NCBI RefSeq assembly: GCF_001194135.2 | Contig: NC_068997.1 | Coordinates: 27,295,452 to 27,350,078 of the forward strand | Origin: Octopus bimaculoides | Lineage: Eukaryota | DNA: 54,627 bases | Direction: 5' to 3' | Shown here: in pieces, positions 23,456 to 35,959 of the stretch | Numbering within the stretch: position 1 is the stretch's first letter | Layout: the number at the start of each line of letters is the position of its first letter | Position numbers and translations under genes: made by a program | The notes under the pieces: generated by a model | What the model was told of the DNA's origin: nothing | The model's database searches: none | Seen by the model: only the letters and a program-made list of their open reading frames with translations

Positions 23456-23628
23456 CGTACTTGCTTAATGTTACCGTCCCATTACGTCCGCCATCTTGGA
23501 AGTGTCCTTCCCATTTCCATCTCGCTTTCTGGTGTATTATAAAAGGTGTTCCACTCAGATCAATACTGAATACGCCCTGAGGTCGACATCGCGGTAAGGG
23601 ACTGAACATGCCACCAGCTGTACCGTAA
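23456..23628 (-). CDS. Gene 1 exon 4: GON domain
   Basis: ttttattag| acceptor; (S)YGTAGGMFSPLPRCRPQGVFSIDLSGTPFIIHQKARWKWEGHFQDGGRNGTVTLSKY, like GON TAG....C.PQG.FSI.L.GT; donor G|gtaagt; phase 2-1. Confidence 0.92.
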
Positions 23629-23790
23629 CTAATAAAAAAAAAAACAACAGCATATATTCATGAAGATATATATGCATATATTCATATATGTATGTACTTA
23701 TGCATATATATCATGTATGTATATGCATATATGTATACATATATGTGTGTACACACATACACATATATATGTACATGCATACATATATGT

Positions 23791-23829
<39 letters not shown>

Positions 23830-23961
23830 NNNNNNNNNNNNNNNNNNNNNATATTTCAGGTGAATTTCGAGATCCTTAATAACTGATGTATGCTCTTAAA
23901 TAATTTTCTACTTATTTCAGACAGAAAACATTCTTGAAGCATAGGTGCCGTTAATTATGAA

Positions 23962-24877
23962 CATGACAATAAAAGGACCTTCGCTTACTTTTCTTGCATG
24001 AGTTCAAGCTTGGGCACAATGCTTCCTAAACTGCTGCCAATATCGACAGAGCATGGGGAGAGAGGTCTACAAGTGATCGCTCAGTATGAAGGGGGTTTCA
24101 GAAATTCTGTAGTGGTGATGAGAGCCTTGAAAATGAAGAAGGTTGAGGGCGGTCATGCAGTCTTGACAATGAACAATTGCAAGCAATTGTTGAGCAAAAG
24201 TCACGTCAAAGTGTCAGCAGCACTTGGTGTCGGTATTGGCACTTGGTGTCTGCAGAAGATTGGTAAGATGGAAAAGCTCGATAAATGGGTACTGCATGAG
24301 CTCAATGAAAATCAAAAAGTTTGGCGTTTTGAAGAGTGCTCCATGCTCTTTCTGCGAAACACTAATGATCCTTTTCTTGACAAAATAGTCACTTGTGACG
24401 AAAAGTGGATCCTTTATGTTAACCGTAAATGATCAGGTCAATGGCTTGATCGTGATGAGTCCCCCAAACATTTCCCAAAGTCAAAGTTGCATCAACAAAA
24501 GATTATGGTGACTGTCTGGTGGTCTGCAATTGGTGTTGTCCATTACAGCTTTCTGGAAGCCAATCAGAGCATTACAGCAGAGGTTTACTGCAATCAACTC
24601 GCTGAAATGCATGCTCACTTGCAAAAAATGAGACCTGCATTGGTGAATCGACATGGCCCAATTCTTCTCCACGATAATGCAAAGCCACATGTTGCAAGAA
24701 TGACCCTCCAGAAACTCACAGACTTGGGATACGAGACTTTAACACAACCTCCATATTCTCCTGATCTTCCACACACTGACTACCATTTTTTAAAGCATTT
24801 AAACGCGTTTTTAAGTGATAAAACTTTCAGGTTCAAACCATAGGTGGAGTCAGCTTTCAAAGATTTCTTAACATCAA
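23962..24877 (+). mobile_element. Mariner DD34D transposase pseudogene in gene 1 intron 3
   Basis: WVLHEL, IVTCDEKWILY, LLHDNAKPH and PPYSPDLPHTDYH motifs; 34 residues between the second and third Asp; stops at 24430 and 24841; 3' end runs into a gap. Confidence 0.95.
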
Positions 24878-25499
24878 NNNNNNNNNNNNNNNNNNNNNNN
24901 NNNNNNNNNNNNNNNNNNNNNNNNNNNNNNNNNNNNNNNNNNNNNNNNNNNNNNNNNNNNNNNNNNNNNNNNNNNNNNNNNNNNNNNNNNNNNNNNNNNN
25001 NNNNNNNNNNNNNNNNNNNNNNNNNNNNNNNNNNNNNNNNNNNNNNNNNNNNNNNNNNNNNNNNNNNNNNNNNNNNNNNNNNNNNNNNNNNNNNNNNNNN
25101 NNNNNNNNNNNNNNNNNNNNNNNNNNNNNNNNNNNNNNNNNNNNNNNNNNNNNNNNNNNNNNNNNNNNNNNNNNNNNNNNNNNNNNNNNNNNNNNNNNNN
25201 NNNNNNNNNNNNNNNNNNNNNNNNNNNATATATATATATATATATATACACACACACTTTACATATATATATATATCAATGTATTAGATTACTGGTTATT
25301 GGTTGTGTAATTCATATTTTACGTGGCACTATACACAAATACGCACGCATTCACACAGTCTCGCACATATACATATACAAATATAATCTGTAAGCAGAAC
25401 GTTAAAAGTATACAAAAGTTTTTAGCGCTTTTGCAATCTAAATTTCAGTGATGGCGCTTTTGTTTCTTTGTTAGAAAGCAGCTCCTTCCCTACACGAGG

Positions 25500-25565
25500 A
25501 GTTCAAATTCCCTCGGTGTCAATAGAATAAGTACTTATTCTATTGACACCGAGGGAATTTGAACT
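25500..25565. repeat. 66-bp perfect palindrome with no spacer
   Basis: AGTTCAAATTCCCTCGGTGTCAATAGAATAAGT|ACTTATTCTATTGACACCGAGGGAATTTGAACT. Confidence 0.97.
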
Positions 25566-26169
25566 GAGTCATGTACTGAGGTCAACGTGAAACAATCGAC
25601 TAAACCTCTACCCCATATATATGGTCATTACAACAATGTTTTTAAAGAATTATATATCGTTGTGGTGTAGCAGAAACATCGGGTTGCAGAATTAGTAAAA
25701 CGCCGATTACTGAGTGAGCATTGAGTCAAAAATACTCCTAACTACGCCTCTGAATGAATGAGTGGTATTATGTCAACGCAGGTCATCGTATTTAGTATCG
25801 TCTTTTTCGTCGTCTGTTCGATTGCTGCCAGAGTCATCTTTGATAGACATCCATTTTAAGATTCAAATTTTTACTGGTATCTCCAGAAATTCCTGATCAA
25901 TTTCGACCCAGATTTAATCGCTGACTATAGAAATCCAATTAATTTTTCACTCTTACTACTTTTGAAAGAAAAGCATAAATTTCTTAACTTGCTATGCTCC
26001 GCTTGCACTAGAATATGGACGATTTGTGCGGCGTAAAAAAATAAAAAAGAAATTATGTTCAGCGTTCTGGTGTAATATGTAGGCACCCAGCGATAAGGTG
26101 TAAACTTAATCCTTAATCCAACTGAACACTACCATCTGACTCTTGGGTAAAAAAGAAGAAGCAGAGTTT

Positions 26170-26410
26170 CCTTCACAAGTCATATTGACTCATAAGGGCC
26201 GGTTTCCCGGTTTCATGGCGTATATATTCCCCAACTTGACGGGACGCCGATCCGTGGCAGGATTACTCAATTTTACCAGCTGCGTGGACTGGAACAACGT
26301 GAAATGAAGCGTTTTGTTCAAGAACACAACACATAATCCGGTCCAGGATTCGAATCTACAATCTTACGATCGTGAATCCAGCACCCTAACAACTAGGCCA
26401 CGCGCCTCCA
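26170..26410 (-). mobile_element. SINE-like family D (second copy at 9125-9370)
   Basis: Shared GACTCATA.GGGCCGGTTTCCCGGTTTC.TGGCGTATA..TTCCCCA..GAACACAAC..TCTTACGATC. Confidence 0.75.
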
Positions 26411-26757
26411 TGACCCATGAGTACTTTTAGCTGAGTCTATACTGTTGCAAGGATTTAGGTTAGGTTTCCTGATAGAACAATTTCCACCCTTTTCCCTACC
26501 AAACTCGGAGGCTTCCCCAAAATATGGTGGACTCTGTCCTTTCTTATCTAGCTAAGCCAGAACTTCGCCTCCCATAGTTTCAATTCACAGTTGCAGTTTT
26601 GCATTTTTCTCTTTGAAAATATTTTTGAGAAAAACATTACATTATTACTCTTTATACATCCATCACAAAAACACTGAGTTTCAATACATGTCTTATCAAA
26701 AGCTTCCCCACCACTCCACGAAGCATTTACTGAGGCTTTAATTAAACATAGCGATAC

Positions 26758-26911
26758 CTGATATTGTTAGGTCCATATGAGCGAGTAAAAGTGAAGTCAT
26801 TTCTTATTATGCTGTTAGCAGCAATGTCGAAAGCGACTTTGACGAATTCAGTTCGTCCACGTTTTGAGTAAAGCTTGCGTGGAGTATTTTGGTAACAGTC
26901 ATACGGGAGAC
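26758..26911 (-). CDS. Gene 1 exon 3: GON domain
   Basis: ctatttcag| acceptor; (S)LPYDCYQNTPRKLYSKRGRTEFVKVAFDIAANSIIRNDFTFTRSYGPNNI, like GON F.KV..D.....I...D..F.R..G; donor AG|gtatcg; phase 1-2. Confidence 0.9.
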
Positions 26912-28332
26912 CTGAAATAGAAACAAGCAAATTAGCTTCTTAATCGCATCATCTAAATAGCTCAAACTATTAGCAATAACATAACATTGTGTAGAATATA
27001 ACGGCTTTGCCAATAGAGCAGTACAATAAAGATATTTTTGTTGTTGTTATTTAGTTCCACGTCAACCCTGATTAAGCAAACTGCTGATCAAAAGCATTCT
27101 AGAAATTACTTTCTACCTTTTTTGGAGAACGTGCTATCCAGTGTTTCTAGCTGTTGTTTCTAGCGGGAAAAGTGACCACTCTGAAGCTCTCTTAACGGTT
27201 TATGGTCTTTATAGTGGTTGGGTGCTGATGTTATTTGAAATTTTTCGAGCTTCTTTTTGGAGAACCCTTAGAAAAGTTGTGGTTAGGATCAAAAAACAAT
27301 AATCTAAACTTTTTTTTGCGATTTCAATTTTGTACTTCCCTGTTGAAGTTTGAAACCCCGCCAGAATAGGGGTAAATACTAATTTAATCAATTTAAAACT
27401 CTACGTGAATATATAGTATTTTAGCTTAGCATGGGTTTTTTTAATACATTGAATCCAAAAATAGTATTTGACTTTCCAAGATGGCGGCCAGAGTACATAA
27501 TTTTTAAATGAAATCAGTAGCTGTTACCAAGAATGTCATGTGATATGTCTTTATATATGTTTTTGAGGTCATAGAACACGAATTTGATGCGGAATAAACA
27601 GTTTAATAAATAATTAAGTAATTAAATTTTACAGAAGAATGAACATTTCCCGAGTTCCGTAATTTATCAGATACACTAATACATTAATAACCATTATGAC
27701 TTCAGAACCTCACACCAAGTCATTCAATGCATGATTGAAATCAATAAGGCTTACATTTGTCTTGCAACTCACATTATTCAAATAAATCTTCAAATTTATT
27801 GCATATCGTTCCATAGACGGTTTTTGATAATTTTATTTAAGATGGAAAATGTTGCTGGTTTTTGGCACAGAAAGGGCCGTGTGTCTGGCATATCTGATTT
27901 CTAAATACAGTCTATTGACCTTTTCTTTATCCAATATATCTGTCATAAAATAGGCCTCTACCTCAGTGCTGCTAGTAAATAGTCCACTATGCTATTCTAA
28001 AATATCAAGGTCAGCTGTCCGTCGTCTATCCATTGCTATAGTGGTGATTTCCTTCTTCTCCAGTCCGTCCAACATTAACTGCTACTGGTGGTTATCTCAT
28101 TCTTTAATGATGTCAGGTACTCACCACTCCCCCAAGTTTGGTGAGTTTGGTATAAAGCGCTTAACAGCTTTTAAGCTATAAAGCGCTTAACAGTATAGGC
28201 GTGTCGTCCGACTCAAATTTTCATGCACCTTTGGCCATTTCAGTCTGACCGGTCGCCTATACTACTAATCGCGTTACAGGTGCGAAACCAATGGTCCCTG
28301 TATGACTGGCCATAACATTTAACTTCCATGTA

Positions 28333-28370
<38 letters not shown>

Positions 28371-28587
28371 TGTGTGTGTGTAGTGTGTAGAAGAGTGTAG
28401 GCTCGGAATGTTAAAGATTTCTTCCAATTTTCCCGAGCGTAAACCTAATACATTCTGTTGTTCTTTTACCTCGTCTTTGAGTTTTTGTTTGGACTATATA
28501 TGTACACACACATGCGCGCGCACGCACACACACATATGTACAAAAAGGTGTAAACAGTTAAATCATGTACTAAATTTTCATACTTAC

Positions 28588-28671
28588 TAACGTAATTATA
28601 CACAGACGCATAATTCTTAGATCTTCCCGCCGGCAAAGTCAGGTATTCTTTCGGATTCTTAGATTTAATAC
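28588..28671 (-). CDS. Gene 1 exon 2: GON domain
   Basis: tttttcag|GT acceptor; (G)IKSKNPKEYLTLPAGRSKNYASVYNYV with the GON PKEY.TL..G...N...VY motif; donor A|gtaagt; 84 nt, phase 1-1. Confidence 0.92.
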
Positions 28672-30158
28672 CTGAAAAAGAAAGACGAGTGGAATGATAA
28701 AACGGAAAATACATATTAAATGATACTTTTAAGGATGAGGATGAGATGCGAGTGGGGACTTTTGATTAATTCGTAGCAACATAGACATGGACAGGTGGCT
28801 ATGAACTTCGTTCGTCAAACACGTGATTCCAGTTTCGATTCCACTGCGCAGTACCTCGATTCACCTGTGGACTTGGATCCACCAAAATCTTCGTAGTGCA
28901 ACTGTATGTATGCGTATGCAAGTATGTATGTATGCTTAGCTTTTCCTTGGGGCTGGCCAGATTGGAGCAATCTCGAGTACAACCAGCCGAAATTGCAAAG
29001 ATAATCTGGAACTCGACTGAGGAAAGAAAACTCCGAATGACTCTCCTTGTTTTCTTTGTATCGTCTATCTGGATGTTTTGTTGTCCCTTTTTTGTATTCT
29101 ACATACATACATACATACATACATACATACATACATACATACATACATACATACATACATACCAAATCCATTCACAAGGCTTTGGTCGGCCCGAGGCTAC
29201 AGTGAAACACACTAGCCAAAGGTACCACGCAGTGAGACTGAAACCGAAGCCATGTGTTTTGGAAGCAAGTTTCTTAACATACATATATATATATATATGT
29301 TTGTGTGTGTGTTAATTTTTAAGTATATGTATACATGTGTGTAGATCTGTTTGTATATACGTGCATATATCTGTGTGTATATATTTATACATATGAGTAT
29401 GTATGTATGCATGTATGTATGTGTGTATACATATGTATATATANNNNNNNNNNNNNNNNNNNNNNNNNNNNNNNNNNNNNNNNNNNNNNNNNNNNNNNNN
29501 NNNNNNNNNNNNNNNNNNNNNNNNNNNNNNNNNNNNNNNNNNNNNNNNNNNNNNNNNNNNNNNNNNNNNNNNNNNNNNNNNNNNNNNNNNNNNNNNNNNN
29601 NNNNNNNNNNNNNNNNNNNNNNNNNNNNNNNNNNNNNNNNNNNNNNNNNNNNNNNNNNNNNNNNNNNNNNNNNNNNNNNNNNNNNNNNNNNNNNNNNNNN
29701 NNNNNNNNNNNNNNNNNNNNNNNNNNNNNNNNNNNNNNNNNNNNNNNNNNNNNNNNNNNNNNNNNNNNNNNNNNNNNNNNNNNNNNNNNNNNNNNNNNNN
29801 NNNNNNNNNNNNNNNNNNNNNNNNNNNNNNNNNNNNNNNNNNNNNNNNNNNNNNNNNNNNNNNNNNNNNNNNNNNNNNNNNNNNNNNNNNNNNNNNNNNN
29901 NNNNNNNNNNNNNNNNNNNNNNNNNNNNNNNNNNNNNNNNNNNNNNNNNNNNNNNNNNNNNNNNNNNNNNNNNNNNNNNNNNNNNNNNNNNNNNNNNNNN
30001 NNNNNNNNNNNNNNNNNNNNNNNNNNNNNNNNNNNNNNNNNNNNNNNNNNNNNNNNNNNNNNNNNNNNNNNNNNNNNNNNNNNNNNNNNNNNNNNNNNNN
30101 NNNNNNNNNNNNNNNNNNNNNNNNNNNNNNNNNNNNNNNNNNNNNNNNNNNNNNNNNN

Positions 30159-30194
<36 letters not shown>

Positions 30195-30229
30195 TATACG
30201 TGTGTGTATGTTTGTGTGTCTGTGTTTGT

Positions 30230-30350
30230 ACCCCAACCATCACTTGACAACCGATGCTGGTGTGTTTACGTCCCCGCAACCTAGTGGTTCGGCAAATAGA
30301 CCGATAGAATAAGTACTAGGCTTACAAAGAATAAGACTTGGGATCGAAAT
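30230..30350 (+). mobile_element. SINE-like family B (related copies at about 9850, 12370, 16190, 20020, 33130)
   Basis: Shared CTTGACAACCGATG.TGGTGTGTTTACGTCCCCG..AC.TAG.GGTTCGGC..GACCGATAGAATAAGTACT. Confidence 0.75.
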
Positions 30351-30734
30351 GACTGAAACAAATAAAAGAATAAAAGAATAAAAGAATATATGCAAACGTA
30401 TACACACATACGTATGTACGTTTGTATCTTTTTGATTATCTTCTACCCCACCTTAAATTCCTTCTTCTATCACTCATTCCGGCCTATCTATTGCCCAAAG
30501 CAGCGGCTGATACATACATCAACCACTGGACTCTGAACACTTTCTATCTTTGGAGAAACAGCTTCAAAGTCCAGTAGTTCACTTGGGTTTTGCTTAATAT
30601 TTCTAGTTTCTTTGTTTTGTTCTTTCTGACCTTAAATATGACACATCAAAAGCAAACACACCAACTATTACACGTTCCCCTTAGCTTGGTAATCATTCTG
30701 TATTCACACCTGTAATAGAAACTACATGTGTGCG

Positions 30735-30774
<40 letters not shown>

Positions 30775-31183
30775 GGTGAGTGTGTGTGTGTATACATATA
30801 TGCATATGAATATATAAGTACGTACATATATGTATGTGAATGCATATGTATGTGAATGTATATGTATGTATATATGTTGGTATGTTTATATGTACTCATA
30901 TATGTAGCTGTATGGTTAGAACCTTTCTTCCCAACCACATGGTTCCGGGTTCAGTCCTACTGCATTGGCAAGTGTTTTCTACTATAGCCTCAGGCCGACC
31001 AAAGTCTTGTGAGTGGATTTAGTAGATGGAAACTAAAAGAAACCCATTGTATATATATATATATATCGTCAATGTGTCATATATCCGGAAAAGAAGTTCA
31101 TTCTAAAAGGCATAGAGCAGTAATGTATTTATATGTAGTTAAGCCTATGTCCGGTCATAGGGTAACCGGAAATAGACTTAATA

Positions 31184-31261
<78 letters not shown>

Positions 31262-31339
31262 AGGTTTTTCAAAAAAATTGATATCATTTCGCAATCTAAT
31301 AACTTTGCCAGTTCTTGTTCAAATGACTTCGAATTTTAA

Positions 31340-31900
31340 CAACATGTTTAGAAATAGGTCAAAATTTTATGTCTAATGCTTGATTGTCTATCTTTTCAGG
31401 TATAGAAATTGCATTCACTGGAAGAGAAAAGCCGTTTTGTGTGTTGGAGTGTGCTCGAACACAGTCGAACAAGACTGTGCATCGTGCATTTGTGAGAGAG
31501 TTGTCTAAAAAGTCACCAACGGCAATGCAGATTTTGACATGGCATAATAAATTCAAAGAGGAAGGCTGTCTGTGCAGGGCAAAAGGATCTGGACGGTCAC
31601 TAACATCGGAAGAGATGGTCGAGCTGGTTCGCTAAAAACTCTTGCAAAGCCCTAAGAAGTCCATAAGAACAAGTTTGGAAACTCAGAGTCCTCCAGTTTG
31701 GCGCGTCCTGATGAAATGTGCTGTTGAAATGGCCACTACCTTCACCTGACCTGACACTACTGCACTGGAGACTGTTACTCAGGATATGCTGTAGCATCAT
31801 TGGGAGGAGCTGGGCTACCGACTTGACGTGTGCCGTGTATCAGGTGGTGCGCATATTGAACATTTGCGAAATCGCTCATGGAATCCACATACCTTTGGAT
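31340..31900 (+). mobile_element. Internally deleted Tc1/mariner-superfamily transposon (WPPRSPDL-type)
   Basis: N-terminal HTH FCVLECARTQSNKTVHRAFVRE..KFKEEGCLCRAKGSGR joined to KWPLPSPDLT..WEELGYRLDVCRVSGGAHIEHL; most of the DDD core is absent. Confidence 0.8.
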
Positions 31901-32838
31901 TTCCCATTCAAATTTGGAGAAATGAATCTTTTTACATCCAATGAGTCAACGCTTTGCACGTGTATCATGCTTTTCATAAAGATGCACTCGCGAGCATGAC
32001 TATGTTCAGGAAAAGTGAGCGAGTTGGAACCCTACAGGCAATCCTTGTGTTTTCAAAAGAGAGTGGTGTTGTGGGTCATTGACATCTTCCTGATATCAAA
32101 TTACCTAGAAATGTGATAAAATCCATATAATATCAATATCGTGTGTGAAACAAATAATCTTTTACAGTGCGATATTTCTTTTGTAGTTCAGTCTATATAA
32201 TTTGTAGCTGTTTGTACACACATTGCATTCTAACTTCGCTAAGTCGGTGAGACAGGTATTCATATCTTTGAATGTCTCTTCGCCGTTGATTACAACGTTT
32301 TACCACAGAGTAAATCCTGATACAAGGCCGTCACGTCTTAAGCGGAGGACCTTAACAAGGTATGTCAGCCTCATAAGACTACAGCAATATAACTTCAGCA
32401 ATATTATCGCAGTTAGAGCAACAAAAAATATATTCACATATAGATATGCACAATGGTACACATACAGACATACACACACATATATAAATACAGGTACAGA
32501 GAAACAAATATACATGCACAAGGTTCCACTCACGCCCACATCGTCTCTCTCTCTCTCTCTCTGTCACACACACACACACATACACAAACACTCACATCAT
32601 CATACACATACTTGCATCCCCACAAACACACCCACAGGCAATCACTTAAACAACCTTGAACAAAGTATGAAAAGATACACACACACATGCGCGCGCGCGC
32701 ACACACACACACACAGAGTGACATGCACAAATACATACACAAATACATACACAGAAACACCCAGATACACAAACAGGCAGAGACAGGTGGATACAGGCAA
32801 CCACTCACCCACCCACACACACAGACACAGACACATAG

Positions 32839-32870
<32 letters not shown>

Positions 32871-33289
32871 AAAAACACACGAACGCACATAATATACACA
32901 TATATACACACTTATAGATTTATAAAAAGATGGTCCATAAATCAAAGTTTACATTGATAATATGTGTTGAAGTCTATATATACATTCTTTTACTTGTTTC
33001 TGTCATTTTGACTGTGGTCATGCTGGAGCACCATATATATAATCTTTGATTTTTAAAAATATTTTTACTTCTTCCAGTCATTTGACTGTCCATGCTGGAG
33101 CACCGCCTTAAAGGTTTTTCTGGGCGAAGAAATCGACCTCAGAACTTATTCATAGTACTTATTCTATCGGTCTCTTTGGCCGAACCGCTAGGTAACGGGG
33201 ACGTAAACACACTAACATCGGTTGTCAAGTGATTATGAGAGGATAAACACAGACACACACAGACGGGGGCACCCAAAAGAAACCGGAAT

Positions 33290-33500
33290 TATGCAATATT
33301 ATTTTATTCACTTCGTTTTACATGTTTATACTTTTATCGCTTTCAAAGTATTCTCCATTGGGAGCAATGCATCAGTCCAGACACATTTTCCACTGTTCGA
33401 AGCAGTGCTGGAACTCTTGTGAAGTGAACTCTTTTAACGAGTCCTTAGCATTTTTCTTCACGTCTTCCACGTCTACAAATTCCGTAGCGCCAGATTTCGT
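33290..33500 (-). mobile_element. Mariner 3' fragment
   Basis: DVEDVKKNAKDSLKEFTSQEFQHCFEQWK..CIA.NGEYFE C-terminus. Confidence 0.8.
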
Positions 33501-33509
33501 CATAAGCCA

Positions 33510-33935
33510 GCAAGTTCGAAGTGGGGGTAAGTCAATTACATTGACCCTAGTACTCAACTGGTACATATTTTATCGACTCCGAGACGATGAAAGGCGAAGT
33601 CGATGCGTTGGAATTTGAACTCAGTTCGTAAAGACGGACAAAATGCTGCTAAGCATTTTGCCTGGCGTGCCAACAATTCTACCTAACCGCCCTATAACCT
33701 GTCAATATTACAATTAGGAGAAAGGCGGCAAGCTTGCAGTATCATTAGTACACTGGGAAAAATGCTTACCGGCATTTCATCCGTCTTTACAAACGGAGTT
33801 CAAATCCGACCGATGTCGACTTTGTTTTTCGTCCTTTCGAGATCGAAAAAATAAATACCAGTCGAACACTGGGACTCTATGTAATCGACTTAACCACTCC
33901 ACCAAAACTGTTTGTTTTAAGCCAAAATTTGAAAC
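33510..33935. mobile_element. Head-to-head inverted pair of SINE family A
   Basis: Minus copy 33510-33694 and plus copy 33721-33935, about 27 nt apart. Confidence 0.8.
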
Positions 33936-34425
33936 CAATATTACAGTTCGAAAGATATTTCATATTATGGAAGTGCTCATTTGTTTTGTCGAGAGAGGAA
34001 AAATGAAGTTAAAGAAAATAAAACTAAATTCCGTAGAAAAAAACATTTTTTAGCTATTTTTGTTCTGTGTTAGACAATATGAAATGACAGTCCATTCACG
34101 TTGAATTATGATTCCGCAGGAAAAAGCGACACTTATCTTTATGAGAGTATATCTTTGTTTCGTCGAGAGAAGAAAAATACAATAAGATGAAAAAAAAAAA
34201 AAAAAAGTAACAATTAAAATTCCATTTGCAAAAAGTTAAATTTTTTTCCCCCTCAGATGAAACGAAAGGACAGTCCTATCACGTCACTGTTTTTTTTCTT
34301 CTCATACTACTCAAACATATCCAAACTTAAGATTTTCATTCAATAACAAATTTATCATAAGTATCGTATGGTATCAGAATGCAAGAATGAAAGAGGAGAT
34401 GTAATTTTTCTTTTCTTTTACTTAC

Positions 34426-34627
34426 CATGGCAGTAAAGATTAACCGCATGCCCAGACGAAGTCATTATCTGGTATATACCATCTACAGCACTCGTTCCCA
34501 AACTAATCATAGCTTCCTCGCAAGAATGGTAGACCTCTCCGTAAACCGTAAAAGAAGTAAAAGCTAAAATAAGGTAAAGCCGGATCCATGTTTGGCCGAA
34601 GCTGTTATATTTGCGAAACACGTTCAT
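34426..34627 (-). CDS. Gene 1 exon 1: signal peptide and start of GON domain
   Basis: caaacATG start; MNVFRKYNSFGQTWIRLYLILAFTSFTVYG (hydrophobic core) then EVYHSCEEAMISLGTSAVDGIYQIMTSSGHAVNLYCH, matching the GON start SC.E......DG.Y.I......YC; donor G|gtaagt, phase 1. Confidence 0.9.
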
Positions 34628-35032
34628 GTTTGTAAAAGGAACAAATTTGCATTCTATTATAGACTTAACAGTAGTTTTAGTACCAAAGAAAGTTGTAGCA
34701 GTATTAGTTGTTGTTGTTGATAATAATGATGATAGTTATTTGATAATAATTATGATAATCCTGCGACCAAACTACGTCTTTCGTTAATATACCAAACTGG
34801 CTTTATATATGTACCTTGGGCCAAACTGTACCTTGATACCTTTATAGTTAGATAAAACAGATACTTTCTTCGACTCTATTTTATCAGCCGAAATTCAAGA
34901 TATATTGTAGATTATAGCCGCACGCACGCACGCACGCACGCACAAACACACACACACACCAACACGCACGTTTACACAAACATATATATGTATATAATGT
35001 ATGTATATGTGTTATATGTGTATATATTATGC

Positions 35033-35070
<38 letters not shown>

Positions 35071-35293
35071 ATCCGCCCTCAACTCTCTCTGTGTGTATGT
35101 ATGTATGTATGTATATGCAGACATAGAAGACAGCTATAATGAGGCACCGTCTCCAAAATCATTCAGTCTATCATATCTACCTCAATATCTATTTTGACTC
35201 GGTATTTATTTGATCGATCACTATTGATTGATTTGTTTATTTACGTAGATGACAAAAATGTTGCACAACGCCTCGCATACATGCACACGTGAC

Positions 35294-35378
<85 letters not shown>

Positions 35379-35380
35379 AA

Positions 35381-35428
<48 letters not shown>

Positions 35429-35959
35429 AAACATACACATACACAAATGCACACCTATAGAGTTGACGATGGACAAATGTAAGGAAAGTTTTTAAATGGA
35501 AAGGACTTAAAAATCGTTTGTGACACGTATTGTACGGCGGCCTCATTAGAGGCGAGATGTCGTCGGTTGACCTGCAATGTCCCAGTTGGTTCACATTGAA
35601 CTTAGGAACGATAAGGAATCACGACATGGTGAAGGAGGAAAATACTTCATCATTGATATACCAGAGGCGTGTAAGAGAAGAATCAATGCTAGAAACAAAT
35701 GCAAGAAACAGATACTCAGCAAGTAGTTACTGTCTTACTTGTGGAATTACAATTCCAGGTAGGTACCCAGTGGTCACGGCATGGATACAGAGGGTTCAAA
35801 AAGGACGTGGACATTTCACACTCGCATCGATGGAAATAAACACATCTTGCAGGTGTCAAACGGGACGGAAACTGCTGTGATCTCTGGTCAATAACCGATG
35901 AAGGGAATATTTCACAGTGAAAGTTATATGAAAAATTACATACACATATAGCACACAAT

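Noticed and set aside
35530-35880. 116-aa plus-strand ORF upstream of gene 1
   Set aside because: No recognisable motif or splice signals; probably a decayed TE next to the maT fragment.
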